NCBI GenBank assembly: GCA_963745075.1
Contig: CAVUWV010000019.1
Span: 41,248-105,247, forward strand
Direction: 5' to 3'
Source: Candidatus Hydrogenedentota bacterium
Lineage (GTDB): Bacteria; Hydrogenedentota; Hydrogenedentia; Hydrogenedentales; SLHB01
DNA length: 64,000 nt
Shown here: positions 57,901-64,000 of the stretch, piece after piece
Layout: each line of letters starts with the position of its first letter
Position numbering within the stretch: position 1 is the first letter of the stretch
Program-made: the position numbers and the translations under genes
The notes under the pieces: generated by a model
The model's database searches: none
Told to the model about the DNA's origin: nothing
The model's input: the letters and a program-made list of their open reading frames with translations, nothing else

Positions 57901-59168
57901 GCTCCGCCTTTTTGAATGGCTTCCGACGCCGCCGAGATGCGATCGCTCCAGAGTTTCCATTGTTCTTCCATGGCCTTGAGGAGGCCGGTCCATTGGGGGA
58001 AATCTTCGGGGTGCTCGCGGCGCGTTTGTTGGATGGCGGTCGCGTAAACGTCGAGGGCTTTGGCGGCGCATGAGTCGGACGTGAATTGGGCGGCGGTGTC
58101 GCGGGCAGCGTTGGACAGGGCCTTACGTTGGCCGCCGTTACGGGACGCGATCCACTGGAGACCTTCGACGAAGGTCGTCGCGTACTCGTTGTGAACCAAC
58201 ACGCCGTTCTCGCGGTCTCGGAGGACGTCGCGCACGCCGAAGGCGTCCAGCGCGACGACGGGCGTGCCCGTGGCCATGGCCTCCACGAGAACCATGCCCT
58301 GGGTCTCCGATTTCGACGCGAAGGCGAACACATCCATGGCGTGATACGCGTCGACCAGGGCTTGTCCATCCCGTTTTCCCGGCATGTGCACCCGTTCTTC
58401 CACGCCGGCCTTGGTCGCCATGTTCGCGATAACGTCCTTCTCGGGTCCGTCGCCGACTACGAGAAAGTGGGCGTCCCTCGGGTCGTGGAGAAAGCGAATC
58501 ACGGAATCCGCCAGGAAGCGCAGGTTCTTCTCCGGCGCCAGTCGGCCTAGATGCCCCACCAGAAAGGCGTCATTTGGGATTTCGTGCTCCTGCCTAAACG
58601 ATAGACCGTCGCCGGACGCAAACCGATCGATGTCCACGCCGGTGGGAATCACCGAGATGGGCGTCTCGACCTCGTGTTCGCGAAGCACCTCCTTCACGCT
58701 GGTGCTCGGCGCGATGACGTGGTCGCAGCGTCCCGCGTAGACCGCGCACATTTCGCGCGCGAGTGCCTGCAGAACATCCGCATCCCCGGGCACGTAATGG
58801 GTGTAATGCTCGTACATGGTGTGGTGCGTGAACACCAGCGGCAGTTGGCGCGACGCCGCCTGGCGCAGCGCCACATCGCCCAGCAGGAACGGATGATGAG
58901 AATGGATGATGTCCGGTTTGAATTCGTCTAGCGCCCGCTTCAAGAACCCCGGGACCGGCAAGGCGACCGAAAAGTCGCTGCCATTGAAGCGCTGGATCGC
59001 CGGGACGCGCACGACATCCGTTTCGCTGTCGTTGGCTCCGTCAAACGTCGGGGCCACGACCAACACCGCATGACCGCTATTCCGATAGGCACGCGTAAAG
59101 CGATCGACCGATTTTGCCACGCCGCCGACCATGGGGAGATAGGTGTTGGTGATCATGACGATGTTCAT
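57867..59168 (-). CDS. GT4 glycosyltransferase (diacylglycerol glucosyltransferase-like)
   Basis: TYLP.VGGVA.SV, HSHHPF, GRLAPEKN, SETQGMVLVEAMA. Confidence 0.9.
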   Translation of the reverse strand: MNIVMITNTYLPMVGGVAKSVDRFTRAYRNSGHAVLVVAPTFDGANDSETDVVRVPAIQRFNGSDFSVALPVPGFLKRALDEFKPDIIHSHHPFLLGDVALRQAASRQLPLVFTHHTMYEHYTHYVPGDADVLQALAREMCAVYAGRCDHVIAPSTSVKEVLREHEVETPISVIPTGVDIDRFASGDGLSFRQEHEIPNDAFLVGHLGRLAPEKNLRFLADSVIRFLHDPRDAHFLVVGDGPEKDVIANMATKAGVEERVHMPGKRDGQALVDAYHAMDVFAFASKSETQGMVLVEAMATGTPVVALDAFGVRDVLRDRENGVLVHNEYATTFVEGLQWIASRNGGQRKALSNAARDTAAQFTSDSCAAKALDVYATAIQQTRREHPEDFPQWTGLLKAMEEQWKLWSDRISAASEAIQKGGAEGGFSKPPRQ

Positions 59169-59446
59169 TGTCGGGCGCACCTTTGGTATGCAGTTGGCAT
59201 CAGCTTATCACAGAACGTCGGTTGCGGTGGGTTTGAGACCGGTCGGGAACGAGACGTTACGTTTCGGCAATAGATGTGTATAATCCCACGAACCCCAGAG
59301 AGAGGAGACTTTCCCCATGCCGCAACTCTCAAGCCTTTTCCAGTTCATCTTCCGCTTGCTCTTGATTCTGGCCGGTCTATTCACGCCGGGATTACAGTTT
59401 CCGCCGGAACCTATCTGATCTGCGTCGCGATTGCACACGCGGCACA

Positions 59447-60814
59447 CTACTTCTCGATGCCGTATTCCTTCATCTTGCGCCAGAGGGTCGAGCGGGAGAC
59501 GCCGAGCTTCTTCGCGACTTCGGTCTGATTGCCGTCGAGGCGGTCCAGGGCGTTGCGGATAAGCTGCGCCTCCATCTCGCTGATGGTCGGGATGGATTCG
59601 GCCACGTAATTGGGCAAGGCCAGGGCGGGGCGCGTGCCCATGCGGACGTTGTCCGGTAGGTCTTGCGCGCGAATGCTCTCTCCGTCGGCCATGATGACCG
59701 CGTGGGCGATGATGCTCTCCAGTTCCCGCACGTTGCCGGGGTAGGGATAGTTGCGCAGCAAGGCCTGGGCGCTTTCGTCGACCCCCGTAATGTTCTTACC
59801 GTACTCCAAGTTGAAGCGGCTGACGAAAAGGCGCACGAGGTTGGGCAACGCTTCGAGGCGGTCGCGCAGTGGCGGCACGCGGACCTGGATCACGTTCAGT
59901 CGAAAATACAGGTCTTCGCGGAACTGGTTGTCGATGACGGCCTGTTCGAGGTCGCGGTTGGTCGCGGCTATAACGCGCACGTCGACCCGTTTCCCCTTGG
60001 TCGAACCCACGGGGCGGATGTCGCCGTTCTGGAGGACCCGCAAGAGCTTCGCTTGCGTGATGAGGGCCATGTCGCCGACCTCGTCCAGGAAGATGGTCCC
60101 CCCATCGGCCTCTTCGAAAAGCCCGTGTTTGTCGGAGTCCGCGCCTGTAAACGCCCCCTTCACGTGGCCGAACATTTCGCTTTCGAGCAGTTGCTCCGGC
60201 AAGGCCGCGCAATTGATGGCGATGAAAGGCATATCCCGCCGACGGCTCATCCGGTGGACGGCGTTGGCCAGCAGTTCCTTGCCCGTGCCGCTCTCACCGA
60301 GGAGAAGCACCGTGCTGTCCGTCGGGGCGACCTTAGCGACCATCTCGAGGACCCGCCGCATGGCCGGCGAGGCGCCCATCATGTTTTCGAAGAACCCCTT
60401 CTCGTACTCATCGATGGTCTCTTCACTTGCGAGGTCGCGCAGGGCCTTGTTTACAACCAGTGCTACGTCTGAAGGTGCACTCGTCTCCGGAAGGTAGAAG
60501 AAGGCGCCCTGGCGGATGCCATCCAGCGCCCGGTCGAGTTTGGTCATTTCAAAAAGTAGAATCAGGCGCGACCGGCCGCTACTCCGGCGGATATAGGAGA
60601 CGAGTTCCATGTCGGCCTGACGGCTTAAACTGAGATCTAAAACAACAACGTCAAAGACTTTACGGCTGACGAGGCGAAGCACGCCTTTGGCATCATGGCA
60701 CTGCTCAACCATGTGGCCGTGACTTTCTAGGTGTCGGGCCAAGGTTGCCGCATACGGCACATCCCCGTGGGCGACGAGGACTTGGGGGGAGTCTATTCTC
60801 TTGTCGTTTCGCAT
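59447..60814 (-). CDS. Sigma54-dependent activator (REC-AAA+-Fis HTH) with atypical receiver
   Basis: GESGTGKEL, GAFTGA, FLDEVG, FREDLYFRLNV, PGNVREL, LGVSRSTLWRK. Confidence 0.92.
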   Translation of the reverse strand: MRNDKRIDSPQVLVAHGDVPYAATLARHLESHGHMVEQCHDAKGVLRLVSRKVFDVVVLDLSLSRQADMELVSYIRRSSGRSRLILLFEMTKLDRALDGIRQGAFFYLPETSAPSDVALVVNKALRDLASEETIDEYEKGFFENMMGASPAMRRVLEMVAKVAPTDSTVLLLGESGTGKELLANAVHRMSRRRDMPFIAINCAALPEQLLESEMFGHVKGAFTGADSDKHGLFEEADGGTIFLDEVGDMALITQAKLLRVLQNGDIRPVGSTKGKRVDVRVIAATNRDLEQAVIDNQFREDLYFRLNVIQVRVPPLRDRLEALPNLVRLFVSRFNLEYGKNITGVDESAQALLRNYPYPGNVRELESIIAHAVIMADGESIRAQDLPDNVRMGTRPALALPNYVAESIPTISEMEAQLIRNALDRLDGNQTEVAKKLGVSRSTLWRKMKEYGIEK

Positions 60815-60891
60815 CGAAACACCCTTCTTTCAGCTTGACAATATTGTACCAAAACGAATCGCTTCGTGCATCAATCAGCCAAGGTTTGGCC

Positions 60892-60988
60892 CACTGGGAG
60901 CGCCAGGCTCCAGCCTGGCTCTTGGTTTTGGCCCCGCGCCTACGAACTCCTCCAGCACTCGCCAGGGTGGAGCCAGGCGCTCCCAGTG
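60892..60988. repeat. REP doublet (TGGGAGCGCC family)
   Basis: 28-bp inverted arms, 2 mismatches; collapsed copy at 14441-14471. Confidence 0.8.
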
Positions 60989-61013
60989 AGGGAAAGCACC
61001 TTCGGATAGCGCC

Positions 61014-61061
61014 TTGACGGAATGGAGATCGCATGGCATAATGTGAATAAATATTCACATT
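61014..61061 (+). promoter_or_regulatory. Sigma70 promoter with overlapping TetR operator
   Basis: TTGACG-17 bp-CATAAT; AATGTGAATA-aa-TATTCACATT at 61040-61061. Confidence 0.75.
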
Positions 61062-61070
61062 GGTGTGCAT

Positions 61071-61724
61071 ATGGTCAAGAAAGTCCAAACCCAGATCCGG
61101 CAGGAGCAGATTGCCGAGGCGGCCTTGTATGTGGTCCACGCCCACGGGTTGCGCGGCCTACGGATGGAACGCATTGCGCAACGCGTCGGCATCGTGCCGT
61201 CCGCCTTGTATCGCCACTTCAAAGGCAAGCAGGCCGTCATCGACGCCATGTTGGACCTCATCCGGCAGAAGTTGGAAGAGATCGTCGCGGCGACCTCGGC
61301 CGAGGCTCTGCCGCCGGTGGAGCGCTTGCGGTTGCTGCTGAGGGAGCACTTGGCTTTAGTGCAGCATTTTCAGGCGATCCCGCGGCTGCTGTTTTCGGAC
61401 GAAGTCTGCGTGGGGCATCCGGCGCGGAAGGCGCGCGTGTACGAGACGATGACCCGGTACCTCGACGCGGTCGCCGCGTTGGTGCGGGAGGCGCAAGCGG
61501 AGGGCACGGTGCGAACGGATGTAGCGCCGGACACCGTGGCGGTGATGTTCTTGGGGCTGTTCCAACCGGCAGCCATCTTGCTCTTTATGAGCGACGGGGG
61601 ATTCGACGCAGCGAAGCATCTGGAGCGCGCGTGGAGCGCGTTTTATGAGGGGATTGCACCGCCCTCTCCTAAAGTGACGAATGGTTCACAAAAACACCGG
61701 AAAGCGGGAGTAGACCGGCCATGA
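61071..61724 (+). CDS. TetR family regulator
   Basis: IAQRVGIVPSALYRHFKGK. Confidence 0.92.
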   Translation: MVKKVQTQIRQEQIAEAALYVVHAHGLRGLRMERIAQRVGIVPSALYRHFKGKQAVIDAMLDLIRQKLEEIVAATSAEALPPVERLRLLLREHLALVQHFQAIPRLLFSDEVCVGHPARKARVYETMTRYLDAVAALVREAQAEGTVRTDVAPDTVAVMFLGLFQPAAILLFMSDGGFDAAKHLERAWSAFYEGIAPPSPKVTNGSQKHRKAGVDRP

Positions 61725-62863
61725 AGAAACGCATCCTTATCATTATTCTGGTTCTCGCGGTGGCGGCCGCAGCGACGTATTATTACGGCTACCGGAAGAA
61801 TGGCGAAAACGGCCCGATCTCCGTGTCCGGAAACATCGAACTCACCGACGCCCAGTTGAGTTTCAAGATTCCCGGACGGCTGGCACAGCGGCTTGTGGAA
61901 GAAGGCGACGATATCAAGAAGGGACAAGTCATCGCGCGGCTCGATTCGGCGGATCAGGAACTCATGGTCGCGCAAGCGCAGGCGAATCTGGCGTATGCGA
62001 AGTCGGTTCTGGCGGAATTGGAAGCGGGTTCGCGAGAGCAAGAGATCCGGCAGGCGAAGGCTGCGGTCGAGCAGGCGAAGTCCACACTGGAAGAACTCGA
62101 GCGCGGGTCGCGTCCCCAGGAAGTGGCGTCGGCGAAGGACGCGCTGTCGCAGGCGCAAGCCGAGGCCGAACGACTGGCCACAGATCGCAAACGCTACGAG
62201 GAACTCTTTGCGAAGGGAGCCGTGAGCGAACAGCAGTATGACGCCGCGCGGACGGCCGCCGTGGTTGCCAAAGAGCAATATGAGAGCGCGCAGCAATCGC
62301 TGGACCTCGTCGTGGAAGGGCCCCGCAAGGAGAGAATCCAGCAGGCGCGTGCGGCGTTGCAGCAAGCGGAGGAACGGTACGCCCTGGTTCAGGAGGGGCC
62401 TCGCAAAGAGTCGATCGATCAGGCCCGTGCGAAGGTGTCTGTTGCGGAAGAATCGCTGCGACAGGCGAATCAGCAACTGGCGTATACCGAGTTGGTCGCA
62501 CCCTTCGCCGGCGTTGTGTTGAGTAAGTCCGCCGAACCCGGCGAGTATTTGAATCCCGGCACCCCCGTCGTGACGGCCGGCGAGATGGACCGGGTCTGGC
62601 TGCGCGCATACGTGAACGAGACGGATCTGGGGCGAATCGCCCTGGGTCAGACGGCTGAGGTGACGACCGACTCCTATCCAGACAAGACTTATGAAGGCCG
62701 CATTGGGTTTATCGCCAGCGAAGCGGAATTCACGCCGAAGACGGTGCAGACGTATGAAGAACGGGTGAAACTCATGTACCGGATCAAAATCGATCTCGAC
62801 AACCCGAACCACGAACTCAAACTGGGCATGCCCGCCGACGCCCATATCGATGTGTCGTCTTGA
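61721..62863 (+). CDS. HlyD/YbhG-like membrane fusion protein
   Basis: SGNIE, VEEGDDIKKGQVIARLD, GSRPQE repeats, AEFTPKTVQT.EER. Confidence 0.92.
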   Translation: MKKRILIIILVLAVAAAATYYYGYRKNGENGPISVSGNIELTDAQLSFKIPGRLAQRLVEEGDDIKKGQVIARLDSADQELMVAQAQANLAYAKSVLAELEAGSREQEIRQAKAAVEQAKSTLEELERGSRPQEVASAKDALSQAQAEAERLATDRKRYEELFAKGAVSEQQYDAARTAAVVAKEQYESAQQSLDLVVEGPRKERIQQARAALQQAEERYALVQEGPRKESIDQARAKVSVAEESLRQANQQLAYTELVAPFAGVVLSKSAEPGEYLNPGTPVVTAGEMDRVWLRAYVNETDLGRIALGQTAEVTTDSYPDKTYEGRIGFIASEAEFTPKTVQTYEERVKLMYRIKIDLDNPNHELKLGMPADAHIDVSS

Positions 62864-62880
62864 GTTGATCCCCAAACCAC

Positions 62881-63159
62881 CAAATCCGAAACCCCAATTT
62901 CGAAATTCGAAACAAATTCAAATGATCCAAATCCGAATGACAGAAACATCAAAAAGGACCGGGGTCAAGGGAGCGTGGGCGTCTCGCCCGCGAATTCAAA
63001 TGCATAGGCGGGACGCCTGTGCTCCGTTGGGTGTCCTCAACCGTGTCGTGGTTAGTCGCGCGCGGTGTGCTGGCAGGACATTCGTCATATCGTTTGGAAC
63101 ATTCCGTCGTTGGAACATTCGAATTTGTTTCGGATTTCGAAATTCGGATTTCGGATTTG
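62881..63159. repeat. Composite element: AAATCCG/AATTTCG heptamer-rich inverted arms enclosing a GGAG REP doublet
   Basis: 62881-62947 versus 63092-63159 reverse complement; inner arms 62970-62992 and 63003-63025. Confidence 0.75.
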
Positions 63160-63230
63160 ACTCACCGGTGCCGACGTTTCACGACACTGCTCCCGCGCAA
63201 CTCCTTCACGGCGTTGGAAGTTAGATACCC

Positions 63231-64000
63231 ATGGAACCCGCCATTCGCGCACAGAACCTGACGCGTCGCTTCGGCGACCTCGTTGCCGTGGACGGGTTGG
63301 ACCTCGAAGTTCAGTCCGGTGAAATCGTGGGTCTCGTCGGTCCCGACGGCGCGGGTAAGACGACGACACTGCGCATGCTCACCGGCATCCTGGATCCGAC
63401 GAGCGGCGATGCGTGGATCCGGGAACACCACACCGTCCGGGAGTCGGATTCCGTCAAAGACAACATTGCGTACATGAGCCAACGCTTCGGTTTGTACACC
63501 GATTTGACGGTGGAGGAGAACATTGCCTTCTACGCGGACCTCTACGGTGTGCCGCGCAAGGGCCGTGCGGAGCGCTTCGACGAACTGCTCGACTTCAGCA
63601 ATATGCGGCCGTTTAAGAAGCGCCGCGCGGAGGCACTGTCCGGCGGCATGAAACAGAAACTGCAACTTGTGTGTGCCCTCATCCACACGCCGCACGTGTT
63701 GCTGCTGGACGAGCCGACCAACGGCGTCGACCCTGTCAGCCGGCGCGATTTCTGGCGCATCCTGTATCGCTTGTTGAAACAGGACGTGGCCATCCTCGTG
63801 ACGACGGCTTACCTGGACGAGGCGGAGCGTTGCAACCGCGTCGGGTTGCTCCATCACGGCAAACTGCTCGCCAGTGGCACACCCGACGAAGTCAAGGGCT
63901 TGATGCGTGGCGCGATCCTGTCCGTGCAAAGTCCCAAGGCGCGCGACATCAGCAAGCTGCTGCGGGAACAGCTCGAGTGTGAGAGCGTGAACGTCTTCGG
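63231..64000 (+). CDS. YbhF-like ABC ATPase (partial, runs off window)
   Basis: MEPAIRAQNLTRRFG, GPDGAGKTT, LSGGMKQKL, LLDEPTNGVDP, TTAYLDEAE. Confidence 0.92.
   Translation, partial: MEPAIRAQNLTRRFGDLVAVDGLDLEVQSGEIVGLVGPDGAGKTTTLRMLTGILDPTSGDAWIREHHTVRESDSVKDNIAYMSQRFGLYTDLTVEENIAFYADLYGVPRKGRAERFDELLDFSNMRPFKKRRAEALSGGMKQKLQLVCALIHTPHVLLLDEPTNGVDPVSRRDFWRILYRLLKQDVAILVTTAYLDEAERCNRVGLLHHGKLLASGTPDEVKGLMRGAILSVQSPKARDISKLLREQLECESVNVF

Overview
GC-rich bacterial chromosomal window, mostly housekeeping and cell-envelope genes. The gene mix suggests a diderm such as Candidatus Hydrogenedentes or a relative; that is an impression, not established. Main blocks: smg-topA-xerC; a cold-shock gene; a VapBC pair with a decayed toxin; infC-rpmI-rplT behind an apparent L20-leader attenuator, with an ATC start on infC; hisA-tyrA-tmk-holB-ricT-tatD; several secreted carbohydrate enzymes; SulP; a TPM pair; an OmpA-like protein; TPR proteins; a sigma54 activator with a degenerate receiver; and a TetR-HlyD-ABC efflux operon. 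Best candidate for a new system: a tightly coupled minus-strand operon joining a complete partner-switching module (FHA-GAF-PP2C phosphatase, RsbW-like kinase, phosphorylatable STAS) to an MlaE-MlaF-MCE-PqiC transporter. It is followed by a PilZ gene and a LysM amidase, and no sigma factor is present. Second candidate: a PilZ-TM-L,D-transpeptidase fusion divergent from an ATPase-less MshEN protein, suggesting c-di-GMP control of the cell wall. Intergenic regions hold at least seven families of REP/REPIN/MITE-like repeats. Four genes carry single +1 frameshifts that look like sequencing errors. No rRNA, tRNA, CRISPR array or transposase was seen. All calls come from reading motifs by eye; no database searches were run.
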